IMG/VR virus record: IMGVR_UViG_3300021254_000035
Location: 2,420-66,419 of that record
Length of the DNA stretch: 64,000 nt
From: a virus
Taxonomy: Duplodnaviria > Caudoviricetes
Reading direction: 5' to 3' (one strand)
Shown one piece after another: positions 53,349-62,939 of this stretch. A program made the translations under genes and the position numbers. The notes below the pieces were generated by a model. It worked only from the letters and a program-made list of their open reading frames with translations. It ran no database searches and was not told the DNA's origin. Each line of letters opens with the position of its first letter. The first letter of the stretch is position 1.

Positions 53349-55418
53349 ATGGTATTGACAAACAACGGTGTCGAAAACCCAGTATCAGGAGCCTACGAGG
53401 AGGGTATGGACTCCCTGCGCTGGATGGAGCACAAGATATTCTCATCGGACAGCTACTACTCGCAGCTACTGCGCGAGGCAGCACATTACTATGATGACCT
53501 TGAACCCATGCGAAAGAAATGGATTCGGGCTAACGACTATTTCATGGGTAGGCAGCTGAACGACAAAGTTGTTTGGAACGGAAGAACGATTACCGTTGAG
53601 AAGTACCTCCAGTTGAAGGGACTCCCTGCATTCCAGAACGACATTATCAGTGACAAGGTGCTGACCTTGAAAGGTCTGCTAAGACAGGAGAACATGGCCG
53701 CTACCTGCAAGAGCACCGATGCCAACGAGGACATGTTTGCAGCCATATTCAGCGAGTTCCTTCGTAAAAATGACAACCTTAACCGTCGGCAGAACCTGAA
53801 TGCGGAATTCTTCCAGGAGTTCTGCATCTATGCTTTCCTTTCAGCCAAGGTGAACTTCACGGAGGTTGACGGACGTGAGGATGTGTACATAGAGAAGAAG
53901 GACATATACAAGCTTGCTTTCCCTGTGTTCGAGAAAAGCGATCTGAGCGACATCAATTTCATTGCTGAGGCTCATGATATGTACTGGAGTGAGTTGCTGA
54001 AGACTTTCTGCAGGGACAAGAACGGCAATGCCAGCAAGTCGGCAGAGAATGAGCTGAAGGATATCTACACCCGTCAGGGTAACATCATGCACAGCAGGCG
54101 ACCGACAGGCGACCGACAAGTGGATTCAGGAGATGATTTCCTTCATAGCAGTGTGATTGGCAAGTACAGAGTCATAGAGATCTGGAAGAAAGAGCGCAAA
54201 AGATCGTTATGGTATCATGACTATGCCACGGCAGACGCTGGATACCGCCCGCTCAGCGACAAGAAGGAAATCGATGCGGAGAATGCCCGCAGGATGGCCG
54301 ACAACATCCGCAAGGACGAGAACGGCATGCCTATCCTTGACGAGAACGGAAACGAGACCTACTACATTGCACCTGAAGACGTGCAGCTGATCCAGTATAA
54401 GGAACGTATCGAAGAATTCTGGTATTACCGATTCCTGAGTCCGAACGGCTATCTGCTCAGTGAAGGAGTAAGCCCATACCGCGTACTACGCAACGGTTAC
54501 GGATTCCACTACCATCCTTATGTGTTCCTGGCATATCCCTGCATCAACGGCGAGACGCGCAGCTTTATTGACCGCACCATCGACAAGCAGCGTGCAACGA
54601 ACCACTACATGATTATGTTCGACGAGATGCTTGGTAACAGCATTAAGGCCATGGCAATTGATGTGAAGAGCGAAACACCCAAGCAGCCGTTGGAAGAGAT
54701 GATAGCTCAAAGTACGAAGCCCAATGGAGTTATCCTTTACGACGGATCGAAAGGCGAGAAGCCAAGTGCCATTCAGGGAACGAACATTCCTGCAGGTCTG
54801 GAATGGATGATCCAGTCCAATCAAAGCATGGTGGTGAGTCAGACAGGTGTTCAGGGAGCTTTACAAGGTGTACACAGGAACACCAGCGGCAAGCAGTACC
54901 AGATGGAGCGTGAGAGTGCGAGCACTACTGTAGCGGACTATATCGGTGCCTTCTATGACTTCTGTCTTCGTGTGAGCAAGGTTCAGCTTTGGATGATCCA
55001 GCAGTTCTACGACAGCAACCGCAGTGTGAAGCTGACCGGCGAGGACTACAAGACCTACTACAATCCCGACACGATGGAAGACGTGAACACCGATCTTGAC
55101 ATGGAGATGGATGCCAACAGTGCCGTGATGCGTGAGGCAAACAACGATATGCTGTGGCAGCTCATGCTCCAGAACCGAATAGACCTGGAAACGATGCTTG
55201 ATTGTGGCGCATTCAGTAACACGGCAAGACTAAAGAAGCGTATTCAGGAATTCAAGGCCAAGCAACAAGCTGATGCTGCAGCCATGGGTGCATTGCCCGA
55301 AGGAGGAGCCGTCAGACCAGCTGACGGTAGTGGAAGCCACTTGATGCCTTCGAATGGCAATACACAAAATGCACCCAAACCACAGCCCACGGTGATGAGC
55401 GGTGGAGTGGGTGGATAA
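53349..55418 (+). CDS. Portal protein (P22-like)
   Basis: About 690 aa. DYF.G.Q, N.I.DKV..L.G, HYHPYVF and L+DRTID.QR..N motifs; QTGVQGALQG; Q/A-rich barrel-like C-terminus. Confidence 0.8.
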   Translation: MVLTNNGVENPVSGAYEEGMDSLRWMEHKIFSSDSYYSQLLREAAHYYDDLEPMRKKWIRANDYFMGRQLNDKVVWNGRTITVEKYLQLKGLPAFQNDIISDKVLTLKGLLRQENMAATCKSTDANEDMFAAIFSEFLRKNDNLNRRQNLNAEFFQEFCIYAFLSAKVNFTEVDGREDVYIEKKDIYKLAFPVFEKSDLSDINFIAEAHDMYWSELLKTFCRDKNGNASKSAENELKDIYTRQGNIMHSRRPTGDRQVDSGDDFLHSSVIGKYRVIEIWKKERKRSLWYHDYATADAGYRPLSDKKEIDAENARRMADNIRKDENGMPILDENGNETYYIAPEDVQLIQYKERIEEFWYYRFLSPNGYLLSEGVSPYRVLRNGYGFHYHPYVFLAYPCINGETRSFIDRTIDKQRATNHYMIMFDEMLGNSIKAMAIDVKSETPKQPLEEMIAQSTKPNGVILYDGSKGEKPSAIQGTNIPAGLEWMIQSNQSMVVSQTGVQGALQGVHRNTSGKQYQMERESASTTVADYIGAFYDFCLRVSKVQLWMIQQFYDSNRSVKLTGEDYKTYYNPDTMEDVNTDLDMEMDANSAVMREANNDMLWQLMLQNRIDLETMLDCGAFSNTARLKKRIQEFKAKQQADAAAMGALPEGGAVRPADGSGSHLMPSNGNTQNAPKPQPTVMSGGVGG

Positions 55419-55457
55419 GAGAAAGATTGCCGTGATACGGTAATACACATAACACAA

Positions 55458-55910
55458 TTAAGCTTTGAAGGCGTTGAGCTTTCGCATGGGTTCCGAAAGA
55501 CGCGACATGTAGAAGCGCAGCCACTGATTATATTTCTGTGTGCGAAGTTGGTTATCTTCGCTGCATCCAATGGCATTGCTCTGGGAAGGCGTGTAGTAGA
55601 AACACTCGCGTTTCATATCCTCCACCTTCATGGTACGCTTAGCCTTGATTTTGTGTGAACGCTGCAGGTACTCCATTGACAAAGGATTACCTTTTGTTCC
55701 CTCCTTGTGAACAATCGGAATGAACGTCATGGAGTTTTCATCAAACCACATGTAGAATCGTGCACCTCGGATCTCCTTGAATGCCTTCACGCACTCCTTC
55801 ACGCCCCTTCGCCACATTCTGGTAGCGCGAAAGGTTTCTTTCCTTGTGATGTAGAACTTCCAGATGCGGAAGTAAAATTTTCTGATGCTTTTCTTAATTG
55901 TTTTGTTCAT
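55458..55910 (-). CDS. Basic hypothetical protein
   Basis: 150-aa ORF downstream of terL; MKRECFYYT. Confidence 0.6.
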   Translation of the reverse strand: MNKTIKKSIRKFYFRIWKFYITRKETFRATRMWRRGVKECVKAFKEIRGARFYMWFDENSMTFIPIVHKEGTKGNPLSMEYLQRSHKIKAKRTMKVEDMKRECFYYTPSQSNAIGCSEDNQLRTQKYNQWLRFYMSRLSEPMRKLNAFKA

Positions 55911-55961
55911 TGTTATATTAATTTAATAGGGTTAATGGGCATTATAAGCTTCATGGGGTGA

Positions 55962-58130
55962 TTAGAGGATACCGATCTCTGTAGGTGTTGTTTCGGTAAG
56001 ACGGCGGTTGATTTCAGCCAGCTTCTCTTCATCCGTCTTCTGATGCTGGATGTACGGTTTGTCCATATCGAGGCGTGAGACAAACAAGGCTATAGCACGC
56101 GCCATGATACGATCATCGTGATAGCCAGGAGCAGCACCATAGACACCTTTATCAGCATAGAAGAGATAGTATCCCATCTCAGTGAGAGCTTCCTTCTCAG
56201 ACTCAATGTAGTCACCTTCTCGGACGATCTTCACCAAGTGCTTAATGAGTGCAGGTTTTGTTGACTGATTGGTGTTGAAGCCCCACTTTGTTTCCTTTTG
56301 TCGGTGTTTGAGCAGCTTGGACTTATTACCTGAGTAGAGATTGCTATACAGCGGCAACAGGATAGGGAAGAAGAGCTGGGACACATCACCTTCAGTATTG
56401 TTCATCTTGGAGTAGGCAGTGTTGTTTTCGACAACGAGATAAGCATTGCAGTAGAAGCTTGCCAGCTGAGCACATTTCATTGCCAGCTGATCAGGATCAC
56501 AGTGTCCGTGCCACTCTGCCACCACTTTTTCCACACCTCCGTACATCAAATCGTATCGATCGAGCACCACAATGTCATGATAGTCGGAAGTCTTGTGCGA
56601 CCCACCCACATCAACTGAAATGATATAGCGGTTTACAACAACCTCGGTAGTGTCAGGGTACTCCCACACCTTCAAGTTTCCACCCCTTGTTTCCACCAGA
56701 CGGATATTGCACATGCACGGCGGCAGCTTCAATGAAGAGTATTCATCCTGTACGGGAATATCAGGTATTGAAGAGTCACCCTCGATATCTCCAACAAAGA
56801 TAGGATCGTCGCATCCCTTCTCCAGCTCATCCACCTTATAGGAGTCGAAGACGATATTTCCTGAGTTACGGAACGCCTCGATATCGTCAGAAGGATATTC
56901 CTGCTGCATATCGTCGAGCGATGTCATGTCGGCAAGAGCAGTGATATACCACTTGATGCCTTCGAGTGTTGCACCCTTCTGGAATAGCCACCAGAAATAA
57001 TCACCGTGATTCTTCTTGTCGTTTCGGTTACGCCAGAGTTCGATGGCGAAGTTTGCTCGCTCATCCTCAGTCATCGGTATGAGGTACGTCTCGATCTCAA
57101 ACCACGGAACGAATACCGGTACATATGAAGACTTACCTTCCTTGGCCTCCTTCCATGCATCATAGAACGCATTCTTTCCGTTTGGAGTTGATTCACGTAC
57201 GATGAACGTATAAGCAGCTACCTTGCTGATGGAAGAGATGACAGAGCGGACGATATCCTTTGGATGCCATTGTTCGGTATCTGGGAAGAACGCCTCTTCG
57301 GTGATGTGCGCCATGGCTACGTCGGTAGAACGAGCCGACTCAGGGTTACGCGCCGATCCAGTCTGTATGTCGCATGATCTCGGCACCATGCGCTTGATGT
57401 TCTGCGTTGTTCCCTTCCCCTCGAATTTCTTCAAGTTCTCTGGGTAGTCATCACCAAGATCGAAGAAGAGCCAGTCGGGTACGTTATCGATCAGCTTCTG
57501 GTACATGGCGAAGACGTTTGTAGCAGATGTTGACTGGTGACCTACGATGTTTGAGTTCCAGTTGGTCTTCCAGAATATCTGAATCCATCCCATATAGATA
57601 TCGGTGAGCGTAGATCCACCCCATTGGCGACATTTGAGCAGGATGACACGGATGGGTTTACCATGAAGACGCATATCCTCGAAGATACGCGCCAGCTTCA
57701 GCTGTGCGGGACGCAACAGGAAAGGAATATCCTCTCCTCCCTCCTTGTTCTTGATCTTGGCGTAGCATCCCGCAAAGAAATAGAAATCGTATTTGCAGCG
57801 CAGACGGATGTAATGGCGCACCACCGTTTCGTACTGATCATCGTAGTCACCATCTTCAGGCAAGTATTTCTGGATATACCCGTAGAATGAGTGACAGTTG
57901 AACAATGCAAGGATGAAATCTTCGCTCAGCATCTCTACAGGGATGAACTGAGGCCGACCGTCGAGAAAGTCAGCAATACGAAGCTCACACCTTAGTCCAG
58001 GCGAATTCTCGCCAGTGACAGGATTATACGTCTTTTGGAGCACATCAAGCCTTTGCTGATTCTCCTCCAACATCTGTTGAAGGAATCCAGTGGGCATATC
58101 TGCTTGTTTGCTTATGGATATGGTAGGCAT
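55962..58130 (-). CDS. terL: Terminase large subunit
   Basis: ILLKCRQWGGST Walker A region, AHITEEAFF Walker B, RESTPNG, YIISVDVGG nuclease and HDDRIMARAI. Confidence 0.9.
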   Translation of the reverse strand: MPTISISKQADMPTGFLQQMLEENQQRLDVLQKTYNPVTGENSPGLRCELRIADFLDGRPQFIPVEMLSEDFILALFNCHSFYGYIQKYLPEDGDYDDQYETVVRHYIRLRCKYDFYFFAGCYAKIKNKEGGEDIPFLLRPAQLKLARIFEDMRLHGKPIRVILLKCRQWGGSTLTDIYMGWIQIFWKTNWNSNIVGHQSTSATNVFAMYQKLIDNVPDWLFFDLGDDYPENLKKFEGKGTTQNIKRMVPRSCDIQTGSARNPESARSTDVAMAHITEEAFFPDTEQWHPKDIVRSVISSISKVAAYTFIVRESTPNGKNAFYDAWKEAKEGKSSYVPVFVPWFEIETYLIPMTEDERANFAIELWRNRNDKKNHGDYFWWLFQKGATLEGIKWYITALADMTSLDDMQQEYPSDDIEAFRNSGNIVFDSYKVDELEKGCDDPIFVGDIEGDSSIPDIPVQDEYSSLKLPPCMCNIRLVETRGGNLKVWEYPDTTEVVVNRYIISVDVGGSHKTSDYHDIVVLDRYDLMYGGVEKVVAEWHGHCDPDQLAMKCAQLASFYCNAYLVVENNTAYSKMNNTEGDVSQLFFPILLPLYSNLYSGNKSKLLKHRQKETKWGFNTNQSTKPALIKHLVKIVREGDYIESEKEALTEMGYYLFYADKGVYGAAPGYHDDRIMARAIALFVSRLDMDKPYIQHQKTDEEKLAEINRRLTETTPTEIGIL

Positions 58131-58155
58131 AATGGGCTTGATGGGCTTAATAGGT

Positions 58156-58686
58156 TTAATGGGAATTTGTATTCAAAAATGAGGAGAGGTAGCGTAGTTC
58201 ACGTTCTGCATAGCTGTAAAGACAGCCTGAGATGAATGCAAGCAGGTGGTATGATGCAGCCATGTTCGGTATAACAAAGCCCAGTGCGAGGACTAAGGCA
58301 ATCTGAAAGATCATTGTTTTGTATGATGAAGACATCCGAAGGTGACGGTTGCGGTGATACCGCAACATACAGGACGTGATGAAACCCGTGAAGAAGAAAA
58401 TGACGACAGACATACCCACCACTGGATGAGAAGGCTGAATGTATGGAAGGAATGAGATGATGACTGATGCCAGATATGCAGCGATGCACCTATGTACGTT
58501 GATTACCCTGTTGAGTATGATGAGGCTGAAAGCATTGAGCAGCCAGTGGATGATGTTTGCGTGCGCGAACATATATATAAAATGTGTGAGGCATGATGAT
58601 TCATGTGACACGGCCATTGCTGAAGCTAACGGTATCAGCAAAAGCATGACAAGTACGGAAGCGGTGGTTGCGTATAGCTTATTCAT
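58156..58686 (-). CDS. Rhomboid-family intramembrane serine protease
   Basis: YMFAHANIIHWLLN loop motif, GMS catalytic Ser in a TM helix, SYHLLAFISG catalytic His; about five to six TM segments. Confidence 0.75.
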   Translation of the reverse strand: MNKLYATTASVLVMLLLIPLASAMAVSHESSCLTHFIYMFAHANIIHWLLNAFSLIILNRVINVHRCIAAYLASVIISFLPYIQPSHPVVGMSVVIFFFTGFITSCMLRYHRNRHLRMSSSYKTMIFQIALVLALGFVIPNMAASYHLLAFISGCLYSYAERELRYLSSFLNTNSH

Positions 58687-59122
58687 GATCGACAGTCTTA
58701 GATTTAATGTCGTACTGGTAAATATTCAGTCTTCGGCAGAGATACCTTTGCAGCGTTTCCGGACTGAGACCTATGAATGGGGCAGGCTGTTCGAGAGCAA
58801 GATCCACGATGTGCGACATGGAGTGTCCAGCATTCTCCCGTTTGCGTGAAAGGTGTCGGAAGGTGTCATAGAGCGCATTATACAATGTTCTTTTCCGTTT
58901 GTTTCGGAATTTTCTCGGTTTCCCGTTCATTTTATCCTGAATGAAACGTAAAGCCCACTCCTCTGAGATGTAGAACCTTGAAGCTGACATATTCGCCGCC
59001 AGCCTACATATACGCTCTATAGTGGCTGGTGTTCCGACAATTTTCTTCGCTTCGTTATAAAGACGGATGATTTCGTTATCCCTTTCCTTGTTTACCTGTG
59101 AAATCGAGTTTACATGTCTCAT
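58679..59122 (-). CDS. Basic, probably DNA-binding hypothetical protein
   Basis: SASRFYISEEWA...ALEQPAPFIGLSP motif pair; ATG 59122 preferred. Confidence 0.6.
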   Translation of the reverse strand: MRHVNSISQVNKERDNEIIRLYNEAKKIVGTPATIERICRLAANMSASRFYISEEWALRFIQDKMNGKPRKFRNKRKRTLYNALYDTFRHLSRKRENAGHSMSHIVDLALEQPAPFIGLSPETLQRYLCRRLNIYQYDIKSKTVDHE

Positions 59123-59168
59123 AGCTTTGCCGTTACTGAAAGATTTTTGCAAAGATAATAGTAGAATG

Positions 59169-59210
59169 GGAAAAATATCAGCGATAAAGTGTCCATTAAT
59201 AATAATTTTG
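59169..59210 (+). promoter_or_regulatory. Late-type promoter C (scaffold/capsid operon)
   Basis: GGAAAAATATCA-N22-TAATTTTG; a divergent TATCTTTG on minus at 59150-59157. Confidence 0.65.
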
Positions 59211-59234
59211 TGACAGGTTTCAAATAATAACGAG

Positions 59235-59999
59235 ATGGCAACAGAAAATACCAAGAAAACAGGGCGTGAGAAGCTGCTTGAACGGCTTCGCGGACGCAAT
59301 CCTGAGCTGAATACTGAAGATGATGAGGCCGTGAGCGGTCAGATCTCTTCAGACTATGACCAGATGGATCAGCGTGAGCAGGAGCGTGAAAAATTCAAGG
59401 AGATGCTTTCTTCGAACCCTTATGCCGCACCGATTATCACTGGTTTGGCAACAGGCAAGAACGATGACGGTACGGACTTCGATCTGGCTGAATGGTTTAT
59501 CGACAACGAGCCTGACATGCTGATTGATATGATTGAAGGCAATCCAAAGACGAAGGAACGCTACACCAAGATGCGTGATGAGCGCAAAAAGAAGGCCGAG
59601 GAAGATGCTGCTTTTGATGCTGAGGCTGATCAGCGTTTGCAGGCTATGGATGCTGAACTTGATGCTGCAGCTGCAGAAGCTGGCTACAAACCCGAAGACA
59701 CTCGTGATTTGATGGAGTGGTTGTTTGGCAAGGACGGCTTAATTGCCCGTGCCAAGAACTTCGATCTGAAAAAAGACGATTTCCTGCAGATTATCCGTAT
59801 CAAAGACCGCGACAAGGATATCGAGAAGGCCACGAATGACGGCTATGTGAGAGGTAAGAACGAGAAGATTGACGTTACCCAGCACAAGAGAGGTCAGCGC
59901 AACAAGCTGCCTGTTATAGGTGGTGGTGGCGGTCAGCCAAGTTCTCAGGAGAAGGATCCTATGCTGGAGAACCTGAGCCGTATGAAGGATATTTATTAA
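59235..59999 (+). CDS. Capsid scaffolding protein
   Basis: Acidic coiled coil immediately upstream of the capsid gene; GYVRGKNEKI and G-rich C-terminus. Confidence 0.7.
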   Translation: MATENTKKTGREKLLERLRGRNPELNTEDDEAVSGQISSDYDQMDQREQEREKFKEMLSSNPYAAPIITGLATGKNDDGTDFDLAEWFIDNEPDMLIDMIEGNPKTKERYTKMRDERKKKAEEDAAFDAEADQRLQAMDAELDAAAAEAGYKPEDTRDLMEWLFGKDGLIARAKNFDLKKDDFLQIIRIKDRDKDIEKATNDGYVRGKNEKIDVTQHKRGQRNKLPVIGGGGGQPSSQEKDPMLENLSRMKDIY

Positions 60000-60027
60000 G
60001 AGAGTATTCATCAATTTATTATAAGCT

Positions 60028-61725
60028 ATGTGTAAAAGATTCAAGAAATGGTTTGGATTCGTTACCGTTATCATGGTGACCATCCTTACAGGTGGTGGTT
60101 ATGCTATGGCTGCTACCTTACAAGACAATCCCGATGCACCAGCATTGGCAGACCGTATTGAGGATATTCCTGGCGGTGGTGCGAGTGTGCAGAATCCCGC
60201 GAACCGCGAAGGTGGTCAGTGGCATGCAGACAGCGAAGAGATGCAGACTGGTAAGTACAACAATGCGGAGTACTATCGTAAGCAGATTGACAACGTGATC
60301 TGCGAGATGAAGCTGGAAAGCTGTCCTATTGATCAGATTCTGCGAGCCAAGAAGTCATCGAGACATGCTGTTTCAATGATTATCAAGTACTATCGTATTG
60401 GCCAGCGTCCTATTACGACAACTCTGAAGACTGCCATCAATGCCACTAACAACGGATATGGTAACAGTATCGAGCCGGTTAACGCCAAGTGCTTTGACTC
60501 AATGGATACCATTATCTTCCCGAAGGTACAGGGTTATCTGGCTGACGGTGTAACCCGCGATCCGAATCATCCGCTGATGGTTTATGTTGTAGGTAGAACA
60601 GATGCAGGTCAGCCGATCGTTATTGCCGTGAACGGTTCAAAGAGCAACGGTACTAACTGCTTTGACTTACCCGACATTGCAGCAGGTGAAGTGATGCTTC
60701 GTCTTGGCCGTGCAGCAGGTGAGCGCGACGTAAAGACAGGTAGCTACTACACCATGCCTGAGCCAAGCGAGCAGTACTGCCAGCGTTTCATCATGCAGGT
60801 GGAGCAGTCGAAGATTGAGCAGCTGATGAAGACTGAGGTCAGCTGGGACTTCTTGAAGCAGGAGCGTACCGCCATGGACGATATGCGCAACGGTATGGAG
60901 CGCAGTGGTCTGTTTGGCAAGAAGGGCGTGACCAGCTGGAGTGACCGCGGTCAGATCTACTTCACAGGTGGTATCTACTATGAGGCAGGCAAGGATCTGG
61001 AGATTGGCCACTGGGCAAAGAAGATTGACGAGGCAGGCAATGCCATCCAGCAGGCTGTTCAGGATAAGGATGACAACGGACATCTGTTGTATAACGCAAC
61101 TGTGACCACTGGAGGTACGGCAGCCACAGTAGTTGTTTACAAGGATGGTACAGCATGGAAGTCTGCAGCAGACGGGACAACAGTAACTCCTGATACAGGA
61201 ACCACACCGACCCCGAAGACATCAAACAAGTACGTATATGAATACGTGATTACCCAGAAGGAGCTTGTCCGATTCATTAACGATGTGATCAAGGATGCAG
61301 GTAATGGCAGTCGTACAAAGCTGTTCTTCGTTGACAACCTGATTTATCAGGCACTGTCGAACCTGAAGGCCGACAACCGACTGATTGCATTCCGTGAAGA
61401 GAAGGATTACGAGAACTGGAAGCTTGACTTCGAGAGCTTCAGCTCTATGGGTACGAAGATCCTGATCTATCGTCACGATGCCTTCAACTACATGAAGATG
61501 GACGGTATGGGCTTCTGCCTTGATCCGCGTTATCTGGAGAAGTGGGTATTCATGGACTGGGATCGCAACGATTACGACCTGCGCAACCTGTTCATCCGCA
61601 ACTCAGATGCAGTTGTGATGACCGAGTATTCAGCATGGACATTACAGTTCCCGAATGCACACGCAAGAGTGAGCCGTCCTGAGTTTGATCTCGACGGTGT
61701 TACCGATGAGCTGCAGGCTGCTTAG
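60028..61725 (+). CDS. Major capsid protein with a hydrophobic N-terminal leader
   Basis: Follows the scaffold gene. NYCQ/YCQRFIMQVEQS-type motif, DDMRNGMERSGLFG, FTGGIY, VMTEYSAWTL; strong terminator after it. Confidence 0.8.
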   Translation: MCKRFKKWFGFVTVIMVTILTGGGYAMAATLQDNPDAPALADRIEDIPGGGASVQNPANREGGQWHADSEEMQTGKYNNAEYYRKQIDNVICEMKLESCPIDQILRAKKSSRHAVSMIIKYYRIGQRPITTTLKTAINATNNGYGNSIEPVNAKCFDSMDTIIFPKVQGYLADGVTRDPNHPLMVYVVGRTDAGQPIVIAVNGSKSNGTNCFDLPDIAAGEVMLRLGRAAGERDVKTGSYYTMPEPSEQYCQRFIMQVEQSKIEQLMKTEVSWDFLKQERTAMDDMRNGMERSGLFGKKGVTSWSDRGQIYFTGGIYYEAGKDLEIGHWAKKIDEAGNAIQQAVQDKDDNGHLLYNATVTTGGTAATVVVYKDGTAWKSAADGTTVTPDTGTTPTPKTSNKYVYEYVITQKELVRFINDVIKDAGNGSRTKLFFVDNLIYQALSNLKADNRLIAFREEKDYENWKLDFESFSSMGTKILIYRHDAFNYMKMDGMGFCLDPRYLEKWVFMDWDRNDYDLRNLFIRNSDAVVMTEYSAWTLQFPNAHARVSRPEFDLDGVTDELQAA

Positions 61726-61755
61726 TAATTTTGTCATAAATTTAGTTAGTTAACG

Positions 61756-61802
61756 AGGCGGGTTCCCCGGCAACATGACGGATGCCTGGATCCCGCCTTT
61801 TT
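61756..61802 (+). terminator. Intrinsic terminator after the capsid gene
   Basis: AGGCGGG...CCCGCCT followed by a T-run. Confidence 0.7.
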
Positions 61803-61821
61803 CTTAACAGACAGAAAGCCT

Positions 61822-62241
61822 ATGATTTTCATATCAGACTCGATGCTGGTTTTCCAGGTGATGGTGGGGAATGTCAACAAGGTTGTTGAGTTCTCTGAGC
61901 GTAGTCCTGAAGGACTGGCCACCTTTAGCTGTGACCAGGATGACGTGATTGAAGCCATCCGCAGGCACAAATTCTACCGTATCGGCAAGATCAGGGAGTA
62001 TGAGCCTCGCGGTAAGAACCAAGCAAAAGCCGCTGCCATTCCAGCTGCAAAAGCAACGGAAGCAGAGACAGCTGAGAACAGCGGTGAGCAGGTAATGGAA
62101 TTCTCAGGTTTCAGTCAGCTGAAGAGCTACCTTCGTAAGACGTTCAAGGATGATCCAAAAACGAAAACGTTGAAGACACCGAAACAAACGGCTGACTATG
62201 CAGCATCGAAGGGTATAACCTACAGGTTTACTGAATCGTAA
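61822..62241 (+). CDS. Hypothetical head-associated protein
   Basis: 139-aa ORF; ADYAASKGITY C-terminus. Confidence 0.55.
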   Translation: MIFISDSMLVFQVMVGNVNKVVEFSERSPEGLATFSCDQDDVIEAIRRHKFYRIGKIREYEPRGKNQAKAAAIPAAKATEAETAENSGEQVMEFSGFSQLKSYLRKTFKDDPKTKTLKTPKQTADYAASKGITYRFTES

Positions 62242-62259
62242 TAAGTTGGAGGCAGGTGT

Positions 62260-62916
62260 ATGCAGATAAACATCCAAGACATGATCAGGAAGGTTCGCAT
62301 TGCCATTGACGAACAAGTTCCAGTAGATACCGAAAGCGATTTTACGGAGCGTCTCGATGAAGAGATTCGTCATGCATTGCGTACCGCCAGCATCCAGCTG
62401 TGTGGTGAACTTCCACTGGATATGCTTCTGCCTACCACTTTAGCTAATGCCGACATTGTATCGCATGTGATGAACAGCGACGGAACGGGGATGATATCGA
62501 TTCCGCATAATTTTCTTCGTCTGGTTAAGTTCAAGCTAAACTCATGGGTGCAGTCGGTGAGACAGCTGACAGATCCGCTGAGCAACGAGGGACGCATGCA
62601 GGCCTCCCCATGGACACGAGGGACACCTGAGAAGCCGAAAGCCATGCTTGGAGAGACACGCAACGGCTACAGGATGATGGAGTATTACACTGCAGGAAAA
62701 GTGAATGATGCTTACGACCATACGGTGGAGTGTTTCTGCTATGTAGGTTCGCCCTCAGAGATTGGCAGCACAATGGATCTTCCGATTAAAGAAGGCTGCA
62801 TACCGTTGATTATCTACCGAGCAGCAGGAATTGTGATGGAAGGTAAGCAGAACGGTGACCTGGCAGACAGGTTCTATAAGTTATCAACAGCCTACGCCGT
62901 TGATGCTAATCAGTAA
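62260..62916 (+). CDS. Head-tail adaptor / tail tubular protein A-like
   Basis: IPHNFLRLVKFKLNSW, TRGTPEKP and LIIYRAAG.V motifs; position after the capsid gene. Confidence 0.6.
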   Translation: MQINIQDMIRKVRIAIDEQVPVDTESDFTERLDEEIRHALRTASIQLCGELPLDMLLPTTLANADIVSHVMNSDGTGMISIPHNFLRLVKFKLNSWVQSVRQLTDPLSNEGRMQASPWTRGTPEKPKAMLGETRNGYRMMEYYTAGKVNDAYDHTVECFCYVGSPSEIGSTMDLPIKEGCIPLIIYRAAGIVMEGKQNGDLADRFYKLSTAYAVDANQ

Positions 62917-62939
62917 CAACAACAGAAAAAAGAAACAAA

